This document shows positions 37,380 to 50,407 of a stretch of 64,000 nucleotides of DNA, one piece after another. A program made the translations under genes and the position numbers. The notes under the pieces are model-generated. The model saw only the letters and a list, made by a program, of their open reading frames with translations, was not told the origin of the DNA and did not search any database. Source of the DNA: Nymphaea colorata (lineage: Eukaryota); the NCBI RefSeq assembly GCF_008831285.2, contig NC_045138.2, positions 7,750,001-7,814,000 of the forward strand, read 5' to 3'. Within the stretch, counting starts at the first letter, position 1. The number at the start of each line of letters is the position of its first letter.

Positions 37380-39572
37380 AGAAAGTTAAAGTTCGGCGAG
37401 CTTATATTAATTATGGGTCATATTAGCACAAGCTTCATAGATTATCTAGTGTCAAGTCTTTCAGATCATCCTCGTAAATTTCGAGCTTCATGGTTTCAAA
37501 GATTTTCATGGTTAGAATATTCTGTAAGTCAAATATTGCATATTGTTTGCAGTGTTATCATTTCAGTACTACGACTTCAAATGACAGTCCATTTATTACT
37601 AAATGATTCAAAGCTTGAAAGAAGGTAGGTGGTAGTGACAAAACATATGCAGTTCGTAGTCATGAGGGTTCAAGCCAAATTCACCATATAATATGAACGT
37701 GTGAGCATTTAATGACTTAAGTCATTAAAGCAAACACATAGATAAAATGATTGAAAAGCAAAATTCATAGATTGTTCACAACAATTGTTTCAGATTGAAG
37801 GCATCTGTGGATGCAGTTCGTTGGTTAGCATTTCAAACTTGTGCTTTTAAAAGTGATGATGAATGTTCAAGCTTATTGAATAGTAACTTTATTGAGTTTA
37901 TTAGAACTTTAGGTAGTTATAATGATAAAGTTGCACAAGTTGCTTTGGGTAATGTCCCCTAGAATGCTAAATATACATCATCAACAATCCATAAAGAAAT
38001 TTTCAATGTTTTTGCAAGTAAAGTGAGAGTTAAAATTATAGAAAAAATTAGCTAAGTATTATATTCTTATTGATAAAGCCCGAGATGAGTCCAAGAGAAC
38101 AAATGTATGTTGTTCTTAGGTTTGTTAATAAGCAAGGTCTAACTCAAGAGTGATTTTGAGATGTTGTACATGTGAGGGATACTACAACAATTGCTTCGAA
38201 GATTTTAATTTTTACTTTATTGTCTCAATATAATCTTAGTATTCAAGATATACGGGTCAAGGATAAAATGGTGCTAGTAATATACGAGGTGAATGAAATT
38301 GATTTCAAGCATTAATTTTAAATAAATGTCCTTATGTATATTATGTTCATTATTTTGCTCATAGATTACAACTTGCACTTGTTGCAGCTTCAAAGAAAGT
38401 CATCGATATGCATAATTTTTTTAAGTAGTTAACACATGTGATTAACGTTGTTAGTGCAAGCAGTAAACATATTAGTGAATTGCATGAATGTCAAACAAAT
38501 GAAATTGCACTTATAATTGCTATAGATGAACTTGAAATAGGAAAGACTTAATCAAATTGGATCACTATAATGACCTGGTGATACTAGATGAAGATCTAAT
38601 TTTTTCTTTGTGTGTAGTTTGATAATAAAAATGTTTGATGCAACATTTATAGTATTAAAAAATTTAAGAGACATTGCATTGGCATATCAAATATAGAGTG
38701 AAAAAAATTAAGTTTACAACATGATCACATCATTTGACTTTGTATTTATTTTTCACTTGGTACAAGAAATTTTGGGATAGAATGATACTCTTTGTCAGAC
38801 ATTGCAAAGTTAATGATAAGACATTTTAAATGCAATGGATATGGTTTACAATTCAAAGTGTTCCTACAATAACTTAACGAGACATTCATTTATAAATGCT
38901 ATGGGAGCATTTTGTATGGCACATGATATCCCTATTTTAAATATGGATGACGAATATTTTGTTAGAGGATCACATTTTTGTCATGAACATAATTTTATTA
39001 CAGTAAGACATCATTATCATGTCAATATTTTTATTGCTACCATTGATTTTTGGCTGGTGGAGTTGAACAATAGATTTAATGAAAATTTTATGAAAATACT
39101 TTGTTTGATGTTGACATTCAACCATAGAGATCAATATGAGTCGTTCAATGCATGAGATCTATACACTCTTGCACATAAGTTTTTTTTAGAGATTTTACAT
39201 ACTCAAATTTCATGAGTTTAAATAATCAGTTAAAACATTACAAGAATGGTATTTGTCATCACCTAAGTTTTCAAAATTTGAGTACAATATCCTATGTACA
39301 TCAAGCATTGATAGTAGTAGAAAAGGTGAAGGATATCATTTTGTATATAAGTTGTTTAGTCTCATTCTAATGCTTCATGTCTCCACTGCAACCACGAAAA
39401 ATGTATTTTTTGCTATGAAACTTACTAAAACAAAGTTGCATAACAAAATGGAGGATATTCTTTGCAGATTGTCTACTATTGTATATTGAGAAAGAAATTA
39501 CTCAAATGTTTAATTCAAATGATATTATTGATGTCTTTTACAAGATGAAAAATCATATAGCACAACTACAAT
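37380..39572 (+). pseudogene. hAT transposase pseudogene (TTF-type zinc finger / DUF4371 / hATC dimerization; ZMYM1-like class)
   Basis: Fragments FRASWFQRFSWLEYSV, DKARDESKR, GQG*NGASNIRGE*, YVHYFAHRLQLALVA, PGDTR* and VSTATTKNVFFAMKLTKTKLHNKME; heavily disrupted, no TIRs identified. Confidence 0.9.
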
Positions 39573-40149
39573 AGGTAAAGTATTTTGTCGCATCTTTTTT
39601 ATGTTAATATTTATTTGAGTCATTATTTAGTTTCAATAATAAATGTTGTAGTTTTTATATACATTCTATTGTGCAGGTGAATTGATGATGATATGTGACT
39701 ATTTTCAATGGAAACAAAGGCAAAAACTGATTGTGTTACATGGAAAGAATATAAAACTACTTGTTTTAGGTAACATTTTTTTTTTGTTTTGGAGTGTATA
39801 AATGCACTTGTTCGCTAAATTTTATGTTGTGGTATTTATATGTCTACCTTATGCTCACACCTACATTACTTTAATAGAAATAAAGCACATTATCTGTTTA
39901 GGACATATCACGTTTTGTGCTAATGACACAAAAAATTTCTAATTTGTGTCGTAGGATAGGTCGCTCTTCACGTTCATGACGTGACAATTATATACTACAT
40001 ATGTTCACTTGTGCTACATTATTGTTTGCAAATTCTATCTAAAGTAAGTGTGTGTGTGTGTGTATATATATATGTATATATATAATATTAACATTATTCG
40101 TATTATATATTACATTTCGTAACATTAAACATATTATATATTATAGTTC

Positions 40150-41600
40150 GTTCTTGGACCATCTCCACCCATGTGAGCATGATTCATTTCAATCGTGCCA
40201 TCGAAATAGCGTGCATCTCGATGATATTGATGATTGATTAGTAGTATATCACTACCTATTAGAACTTGTCAAACAATACAAAGAAGTGTCTTTATGACAA
40301 CAAAGATAGGCTAATTGACCTTTTGTACTCCATCTTAATAGATTTGCATATGCATGAAAATCATTGATGGTCCATAGTAATACTGCACATAATATAAATG
40401 TCTCATTCTTCGATGCATCATATAGGTTGACACCAACTTCTCACAATTCTTTCAACTCTTCTATCAATGGTTGTAAGTACATAATCAATATCATCTAAGA
40501 TTACCAAAAATATGAAATGAAAGCATGCAAAAAAATTGTTTCATCCAAGGAGGAAAATTATAAGCAACTAAAACAACTGGCCACATGCTATGAGTTGTGC
40601 TCATTATTTTGAAATGACTAAAATCATCACTCGTTAGTCCCAGTCTAATTTATTATGAGATTCAAAAGCAAATTGCATGTGACGTTCATCAAAAGATTTC
40701 CATGTAAAATAATCAATTGGATGTCTCAAGTGGTTGTCCTTGTTACAACTCTCATCATGTCATTTCATGTAAGCCGTCATCTTAGATGACACAAAAAGTC
40801 GTTGAAGTATGAAGATTCAAAGAAAATGCCACACAACATTAGCTGGAATTTTATTTTTCTTTGAACTATCTCCAGCTAGTTCACCAACTACTTTCCATCT
40901 TGATGTACCACAAACATCACAAAATTCTTTGGTCATAGCATCCTTCTAATATAACAAGCAATGTTTGGGACATGCATCAATCTTAATATAATTGAGCTAT
41001 AAAATCTCTAATAATTTTTTTGGTCTCATAATAGTGTTTGGTAGCTTCTCCTCCTCTGGAAATACTTCCTTCAATAACTCTAACAACAAGGAAAATAAAT
41101 GACTTGTTGTTCCATCCTGTAAGTCTTTTAATTTGAATGAGCTGCACTAAGAAGGTTAACTTCGTAAATCTCTTGCAACCAGGGTACAACTCATGCTCAA
41201 CATCATCCAACAACTTCTTAAATGTCTCAAATTTTGTATTGGAGGAAGTTGTAGAATCATTCTCCCCACCTAACTCAAACACATGAAGTCTATTTTTTGA
41301 GTACGTCATCGAGTAATTCATATATATCATCATTATCTACTTGCTTATCAAATACAGTATCCCCATTAATTGTTGATGAAGATGAAGCTTCCCCATGATA
41401 ATACCATTGGATATAATTTGCAAAAATTTCATTGCACATTAGGTGATCGAAATAACAAAAGTTCAATACAGACAATTGTTGCACTTCATGCATGATCTTT
41501 CCATTATTCGCAAGGTTGTTGGCCGTGGCAAATTTGATGAATTCTTTTGCTCTACTAGCATATCCACCACTTGGCCTATTAAAAAAAAATATTAACCATT
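40150..41600 (-). pseudogene. CACTA (En/Spm) TnpD/Transposase_21 pseudogene fragment
   Basis: Minus-strand fragments HLMCNEIFANYIQWYYHGE (transposase-associated domain), LLDDVEHELYPGCKRFTKLTFLVQL, IDACPKHCLLY and YLQPLIEELKEL*EVGVNLYDASKNETFILCAVLLWTINDF; disrupted, termini not found. Confidence 0.9.
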
Positions 41601-42491
41601 ACGTTTTGTTAACATTTAGTCTTCTAAACAAACAATACATCAACTTGTTTATCCAACTTTCATTTGCCATGAAATCCAATAATATTCTTTCAATCTTTGA
41701 TCTATTAGCAATTAACTCATGGACATCCCGGCTGATACCACTAAAACAGAAGAAACCTAATACTTGGAAGTGAGCATCAACAATAATTTCTAAAAAATGT
41801 GTTGCTGCTTACGTTAAGTTCTTAGTCTTGTGCGCTGAACTACTGAAACAAAAGGTCCCAAATCTAGTGCAATATCAGAAACAAGAGTATTGATGGTCTT
41901 ATCCAAAATTCAGACCATGTTTCAGTCATTTTCATTTTTTAGATTGACACTCGGACTATTACTTAAGATAATCTTTTATGCAAGAAATTATTCCTATATT
42001 TACTAACTGTATCAAAAAAAAATTAATAGTAAAAGGAAATTGGTTGTGATTTTTTGGTTAGTTTAGATGGAAGAAATTATGGTATGAAATGATTCCAGTG
42101 CATAAATAGAATCGTTCCACAACTCAAAAAAAATGACATAACTGAATTTTCATTAATTCAAAAAAAATTATCAGGGAAATGCAATGAACTATAATTCAAA
42201 AATATTGAGGTGCTCTCTATATATAGGATGCATGTGATTTTAGTCAATTTTCAAGGCAACTGGAGCATCCTTATGTACAATTATTTGGATACAAGGTACA
42301 TGGGCAATGAGATTTTAGAAATACAAGTGCAAACCTGAGTAATGAAACATTCTAGGAAGCAGGAAGTGATATATGTGGAGAAACTTTTCAGCAACTAAAA
42401 AGCACTATCAACAAGATACCAAGTAAAAGAAAGTGACTAAGAACATAAAATCAACAAGAAATGAAGTAAAACGACATGTATGTTGTGTGTG

Positions 42492-42542
<51 letters not shown>

Positions 42543-45500
42543 TCAAAGGTCAAAATGCCACGATGTGTAGCATATATATGATTTTCTTCGACTAGATGAT
42601 TACTTTGCTTTAAACTTAACTAGAGTGCTTTGTGACACATCAACTTGTCATTATGGAAAATGAAATCATTAATGCTACAGGAGAACTTGCATTTGTACAT
42701 TCAATTCAGATTTTGATGCTTCTATCACATCTAGAATGTAAATTAATTCTTCCATGTGAAATTGAGGAGATGGGATGTTTCCTACACAAACTTTCTTGAC
42801 TAACCTATAGTCTTGTGCTCAGTCTTGCATACACCATCCTGTTATCATTTTATACCAGCTAATATTGTCAAAATTATCATATCAATGTGCATGACTGTAA
42901 GCTAGCTGGATTTCCAATGCTTCAGATGTGCTCAATTTTGTTGGTCAGTTGATAGTTACAGTGAAGTTAGTTATGAAAGCCTCTTTACTGCAGAAGTGTA
43001 TGAGGAAGTAATCAAGCTGTGAAGTAAAAAATGATAGAAGTCAAAATGTCAAGTGATTATACTAGTGGCCTTTTATGAGCTAAAAGCAGTTCTCAGTGAG
43101 AGTTACTTAAGATAGATAGCATATTACAATCTTTGAATTCTTCAACATTCAAGGATCTACTTGATTGTGATAAAAAAAAAAAAAACTAAAAGAGCATGCA
43201 CAAATTGGTCTCAGAGAAAGTGAGAGCTATGATTTTCCCTTGTTTAACGCAGGGAGAAGCACACTTTATAGTTATACATATGAGTTTGATGATCCATATT
43301 TATTCCCTGCTTCTTCCATCCACATATGCTACCACTGTCTAGATCTGAACTCAACAAGTTAAACTCCTCCCCAACAAGAAAAAGGAAAGAAGAGAAGAAG
43401 AAGAAGAAGAAGAAGAAGAAGAACACCATGTGTTGCTGGTGCAGGGAAGCCAACTTTTGTGTTTGATCCAAAATAATTTGAACTATGCAAATATGGCACG
43501 TCCAGGCTAGGGCATCCCATAAAAATTTTCTACCAAGTGGATACAGTTGATTTAGAGACATAAATTAATGAAAATGATTCCATTAGGGAGCATTACTGGA
43601 CCCTCCAAAACCATACTAGGCTATTAGATTCTAGAAGAACAGACTGGTCTTATTTGATTACAAAACGATTATGAGAATAATAATCACAAATTGAGAATTT
43701 CTGTATGGAACATGAGTACCAATGACAATGTAACTTGTTAAAATCATCACAAGTTATTGTATATGTTCATATCAAGCAGTTTTGCACGACTATATCAAGT
43801 TCACTGTACTTTCAAAACTAAAACTAAGTTTCAATCTATAAGGTAATGTCCATAGGGGGGATGAATCTTACTAGTAGTACTTCAACATAACAAGTCTTAC
43901 TATTGGACTTAATAATGTCCATAGAGGGATGCATGGAGGAGTTCCATTCACCTATGTTCAGAGAGAGACAGAGAAAGAGAGAGATTAACTTGAGATCTTC
44001 AATTAAATTTCCTACTATCACTCTATGAATTCCTCCAAGTGACTGTCAATCTGGCCCAAGTCAAAGCAACTGGATAGGTAATCTACTGATCTAGAGTAAA
44101 CCAAAAACATATCTTCTTATTCAAAGTTGGTGACTTGATGGTCAAAAGTAGATGCATTCCTGCAATTATGACTTAATAATACTATTTAGAAACTAAAATA
44201 TGGATCAGGATAACATATATGAATTGGCTCTTGACTTACTATCACTATGTATGTAGACAGTACGACCAGACCATGCTGGAGCAACACGTTTGGCCCATAA
44301 ACAAAATAGGTATGCAATGAAGAGAATCACTCACATAATTACGGTCAGCTATGTAGTAGTCTGTTGTAGTTGACCCTGATATAAAGGAAAGGAGGAGGAC
44401 AACTAGGTGTCAAATCTGCAAATGCTTTATGTTGGACAGAATGCTTTCTTTCATGAACAAAGGTGTTTTTCATGTAGTCCGTACGTCTATTTATACATGC
44501 TGAATAGGTGTTTCTTTCATGACACATTCACATTCCAAGCAACTTGGTAGCACCTTAATTATATGACTCTTTATTTGAAACAAACTAAATTTTTAGCTTC
44601 TTCCAATCGAACTGATTTTTTAACTTCTTATCCTCTTATTAATAAAACTATGAATAGATAACTCTAAACTAGTGACTAAATACATCCTAATTAAATTTCA
44701 ATCTACCTCTAAAATATGAGAGGGATTCCCACATATTTATGGAATGATGTGCAGTCACCGGGGGAAAGCCATCCTTCATTATCCACTAAACAATATAGGC
44801 AAATTAGTATCACCCGTATACAATGTACAAATGGCAGAAAGACAACACTATTACGCCTTAAGAAGCTAGGTAGAACGGGAGAATCATGACTTTTTTTTTT
44901 CTTTCACAAGGGGAGAATCACAATCTAAGAAGAAGATCTCAGCATTTGAAAGAACGAAATTGAAAAATTGTTACTAATTAATTACATAAAAGGATACTTT
45001 TGTTTCTCATGCAATCTAATGTATACAAAAAGGAAACTACAGAGACAATCTTAAAATACAAGAATATTGTAGAAGATATTTAGAGAAAGCAAGAAAAGAA
45101 AATAAATTTTTTTTTTTATGACAGTATTATATGAAACATAAAAAAACATGAAAAGGAAGTTCCCTATACTCTACAATATAATTGAGTTGCAAGAATGATG
45201 AACAAGTCCATAGTTGACAGAATCGAAAATTTACTTTTTGTATTGCATAAGTCCTTTGGGGAGAAGAATTATGTGCGGTCTATTTATCAAATATATGTCC
45301 TTTACTGCCTCTAGATGGAGATATTTCATAGAGAATTTGGTGAGACAAAGTAAAGTATAACCGTTTGAGTGTCTTTAATAGGAAGCTTTATACATGTACC
45401 TGAAAAGACAACAAACTAAACTATAAGATAAAGTTATTCTTCTCATATTTTTAGTTTTGCATGAGATAAATTTGGATATAGGTTGTGGGATTCAAAAAAT

Positions 45501-46221
45501 GACAAGATTTATAGCACTTGTGATGTTATCTTAGGATATTATCAATAATTGAAGATATCATGGAAGGTAGACACTTATATGTAAGTGTACATGGTATTCA
45601 TGGGTCAGCCATTGCGAAACCCGAAGAATATTTATCTGAGCATAGTGAGTCTGAGCATAGTGAGTCTGTTGAAAATATAAAGGAAAAAATAGAGGGAAAT
45701 AAACAACATATAAATGATTTTCTTACTGACACCCAAACTGACCGTGAACATGAGTAGGAGGGGAGCTTCCTCATCATGCAGAACAAGTTGTAGAGTCAAC
45801 TAAAGAATAGTATAGGAGAGGTGAAGGAACTTGTATTTCATCCACTAGATATGTTTATTATAGTGGCAAGCCATAATCATACATAGAGGTGTATATGTAT
45901 GTAGAGAAGAATGAGTATGAGCTATGTAGGAAGGGATGAATTTGTCATACAAGATCGCATATTGTTTGATGGAGATACCAAAATGTAAGAAAGTGTTGCA
46001 AAAAAAATGAATATACAATCTTAATAATGAAGGCCATAACAAGTTGAGATAAAAAGCTCAGTTAGTAGTGAAAAACTTCAAGTAGGAGAAGGGCACTAAT
46101 TTTGATGAGATATTCTCATATACAGGTTGTGAAATTTACTTTTTCCATAGAAACATATAGGAAAAGATTTACATAGTACAACCAAAAGTTTTTTAGTTGT
46201 CGGGAAAAAGCACATGGTATG

Positions 46222-48485
46222 TGTTAACACCCCAAATTTTTTCACACCAAAATTGAAGAATTGTGAAAAATTATAATTTCAAAGCCAATTTTGAATCTAA
46301 ACACAATTTAAATTCAAATATGAATTTGACTCATGACACGAATCCCAAAGTAGAATTACGAGTCCAAACTAAATCCAAATTATGATTTAGAACCCAAATC
46401 CAATTACAAATATCATTTGAAATATAAATCTGATTGCAAAATTCAAATTTTGATTTAAATTCAAGAATTTGATCTAATTCGGTCTAGAATGCTATGTGGG
46501 ACCTATGTGTGGGCCCCACCCAGCTCATGTGGTCAGAAGCCCACCCAAGAGGTCACGCACCCCATCTTTTCCAAAAATGTCTTCCCTCAATCAAATAAAA
46601 AAAATCATTTTCAAAAGGAAATGAATAAGGGTTCATAGGAAATTCCAAAGAAGCAATAATTGTTAGAATTAAACTCACCTAACCTACTTAGTCCAAGTAG
46701 GTTTGACCCGGATGCACCCAAATGTAGTGTCAATTTCAGCTAGCCTCGGTCAACATGAGCTCAGCTCAGTCAAAAGCGTATGTTTGTCCCGCGACCCAAT
46801 CTGTGGATGAAAATAAACTTTGACCGAACCGAATCCACTTTGACTAAACTCAGTCAAAGTACAATTTAGCTCAATTCAAAGCGTTTTTAACTCAAGTTCA
46901 TCAAATTACCTCAAACAAAGTCAAACTACTCACAAATGAGCTTTGACTTTGGTTAATTGGTCGAAATTGACCAATCTAGATAATTTTACCCTTCTATAAT
47001 CAAATTGAGATGACAAAACCTAATTTAAGATTTTATAAAACACAAATATACATTTGGATTTGTCAAACGCATAAATTAAATACAAAATTAAAATTCTATA
47101 TTTCAAACCAAAGTCTGATTCAATTGAAATCCATCTTCAATCAAGTTGTGGACGAAACTACCCTTTTTGAACCAAATTTGATAGAATTTTTAAATTTTAT
47201 TCAAATTTTAAATGAATTATCATAATTCAATAACATTTAGAGCTTAACAACTAGGTTTTAACCTGACAAGCTTAATTTCAAACAAAAAATAAATAAATAA
47301 AACAAAATAAGGCAAAACCCGATGCTAGGGCATTTTCATCCAAAATTTTGGTCAAAGTTGGTCAGCTAGGTCTGAACCAAGGTTGACCATGCCTAGCTCA
47401 GCCTACCTAGCTCGTGTAAATGGGATAAGGGTGATTAACTGGATCCGTTAGACCCTATTTAACTCATTCACAAGTCCCCAAAGTCTTAAGTGAGTTTTCA
47501 AGGTGAATTAATAAGGTGGTAGAACCCTTATTCTCTTCTATATGTTTCCTTTGGCAACCAAGGGAAGAGGAGGGCAAATTTTTTAAGTTTTTTATCAAGT
47601 TTCTCCAGCCAAGGAGCTAGGAGGAAGAAGCCAATGAGGAGAAAGAAAATTAGTGCAAGTTTTCTTTCCCCTCTCTCTCTCATTCTCTTCATCATTTCCC
47701 CTATTCTCTCTATCGAGTTTGATTAAGTGAACCCTTACTAAGGATTTTCGTGGAGAGAAACTATCCCCACTGCAAATTCGAGCAAGTCATTCTTCTTCTT
47801 CTTGTTTTGCTAATCTTGAATCCAAGCTTGGTTTCTTTTTTAAGATTGCTTGATTTAGAAAACAAGTAATGAAGAAGATCAAACATCAAGACTGACCGCA
47901 AGGTAGGTGATTTTAACTCATTTCTCATATACTTTAGTTTCTTGTTGGTTCATTTTAATTTCAGCAATTCGTGGGAGGGGTTTATTTTCATTTATTTTAT
48001 AGCTAAGAATGATGTCCAGCTAAGAACAAACTACGATCAAATATACATGTTAATGCATAATGCATGCATGAATCGGTTTTTCTAAAAGATGAAACCATGA
48101 ATCAAATTTTGAAAAGGGCCCCAAGGCCACGTCCCTTTCAAAACAACCAGCTTAAAACTATTTTGAACTCCCTACCATGAGAGAATTTCACGGTGAGAGA
48201 GTGATTTTGCTGCAACATATATGACGAAAAGCCTATTAAGGATGAATGCATTCTTATGAATGTGATCCACCTTTGCATGGTAAAACTAAGGACGGACTAT
48301 CTTGAGCATTTGTTCATCTCTTTCTATTTAAAGTCATTTTATTTCATGTTTTTTCAATTGATCAAGCGTGGTAGGGGAGATTGGAAACAAGTTTTCAATC
48401 TTCCTATGTAAAAGAACCCAGCCATGAATCATCAAGATTCATGAGTTATGTGGTCCATTGATTAAATTTCATTTTGAAGGGTAGG

Positions 48486-48580
<95 letters not shown>

Positions 48581-50387
48581 CAAGCTTTTATTAAAAATCA
48601 TTTTCCTCTTTTAAAATCAAGTTGGAACATGTTTTCAAACTGGTTTTCACAAAATAGGATCATTTTGTTGATTTCATAGTAGAAACCTACGAAATCATTT
48701 CATTTCATCTTAAATTTTCTTTTTAGATTTTCAACAAATCCATACGTAAAGTGTATGCAAGTTACTGAAATCAGACTACGTTTTATAAGAATTAGGATAA
48801 TAATGTCAAAGTTTATACATTTGCAATGTCAATTTTCAGCCACAAAGTGGCTATGCTTTGAGGAACAATAAAAAAAAAATAGCTAAATTCATCCAATCGG
48901 CATCCTAGAACACTTTTTATGGGTTGCTGATCTCATTCATAAATTTTCAAATTTGCATTTAATTAATCATCTCCTAAAACGCTGAAAATTTTCATTTTTT
49001 TTACTTCCCTAAAAGGAGGATCAACTATTCTAAAGTCGTTCAAAAAAAGTAGATGATTCCATTAGTATGAAATCTGAAATTTGAACAGATTTGAGAAAAG
49101 AAAGTTTCCTAAGCATTGTGATGGAAACCCAATGTACATATTTGGCACAAAAGGTAAACATATTTTCGAAAGGTGCATTCTTCTTGTTGATTTAAACAAC
49201 CAACTCATGAAGAATCTAGTCAATTTCCAAAGACTTGTCATTTTTATCCAAGAAACAAGCTATTTGTCTTGGAATCAATGTCTACAATTTTTAGTTATTT
49301 AAATCAGCCCAAAATCTGATTTTTTTTTCGAGACAAAAGTGGATGTCATCCACGTCTCTCATCTATTTTAAGAACTGATTTTGGCATCATTCTTCATCAT
49401 TTTGTTAAGTCTCAAGCTTATGGACTGCATCTTTAATTCATGTGCTTAATAATATGATGAACATATTTAGAGAAAGTCTTACATTTTAATTAAAATCAAT
49501 CTTTATGTGTAGATTGTATGACATGTAATTATAATGAATGGACTTTGAGAGATTATAAGAAAGTGAAGAATCAATGTTGCATACAAATGAATCTTGAGAG
49601 ATTATGAGAAAGAGAATGATGAATGTCTCATATAGTTTCCAATCTTATTTCATGCATTCACTTTCACCCAAAGTCAATAGCACCACATGCATATTCTCAA
49701 GAAATTAAGTGATTCAAATTTGAGTTGCAAAAAGTGACCAAGTCATATTGCAACAAGAATTTGTAAACTTCACTTAAATTTCAAAGAAAACTAAGCATGC
49801 ATTCATAATCTTGGCCAAAATATGTTTAGAAAACATGTTTTCTAACAATTTAGAACCTATATTTCATCAAAAGAATGAGCTTTACCTAACCAAATCACAA
49901 GTTTTTAAATATCTTAAACCAAATCACAAGATTTGGCAAAAGAAGAATTCAAAATCAATTTTGATTATAAGATGATCACAATTTCAACTCATGAATCATT
50001 TTGAGTTCACAACAAAAAACTCAATTTCAAATCTTCAAAATCCTCAAGACTTGTGGATTTGAAAACAAAGGTTTTTAAATCAATTTGAAAACCCTTCAAT
50101 CTTCACATCAAAGGAATTCATTTTCAAAATAAGTTCAAATCACTTTTGTTCTTGAATCCAAAACCTCAATGCATAAGCATATAGGATTTGCATCACCAAC
50201 TCGTACATGATCTAAATGATCTTTAGTCCTTGGTCCAATTATCCCTGGTAAAGGCGGCAGGAACGGTTGAACCTCGTACCGACGGGCGTCCCCTTTCTCT
50301 TAAAAATTTTCCTCAAAACCCCAATTTTAAACGAATGTTACTGATTTGTATTTCGACGCCCTTCAAGGAAGGGGTGGGGTGTGAACA
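46222..50387 (+). mobile_element. Very large LTR (4166 bp) of an Ogre/Tat-type Ty3/Gypsy element
   Basis: Terminal inverted repeats TGTTAACACCCC / GGGGTGTGAACA (11/12), followed after 2 nt by a tRNA-Arg-like PBS. Non-coding throughout, with an internal (TA)n(CA)n at 48492..48578. Confidence 0.85.
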
Positions 50388-50389
50388 GA

Positions 50390-50407
50390 TGGCACGCTCG
50401 GTGAGAC
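50390..50407 (+). other. Primer-binding site (tRNA-Arg-like)
   Basis: TGGCACGCTCGGTGAGAC differs by two transitions from TGGCACGCCCGGTGGGAC, recalled as the complement of a plant tRNA-Arg 3' end. Confidence 0.65.

Noticed and set aside
41600..45500. Possible host gene or CACTA 5' terminus in an intron-like region
   Set aside because: No coding exons and no convincing CACTA TIR/TSD pair found
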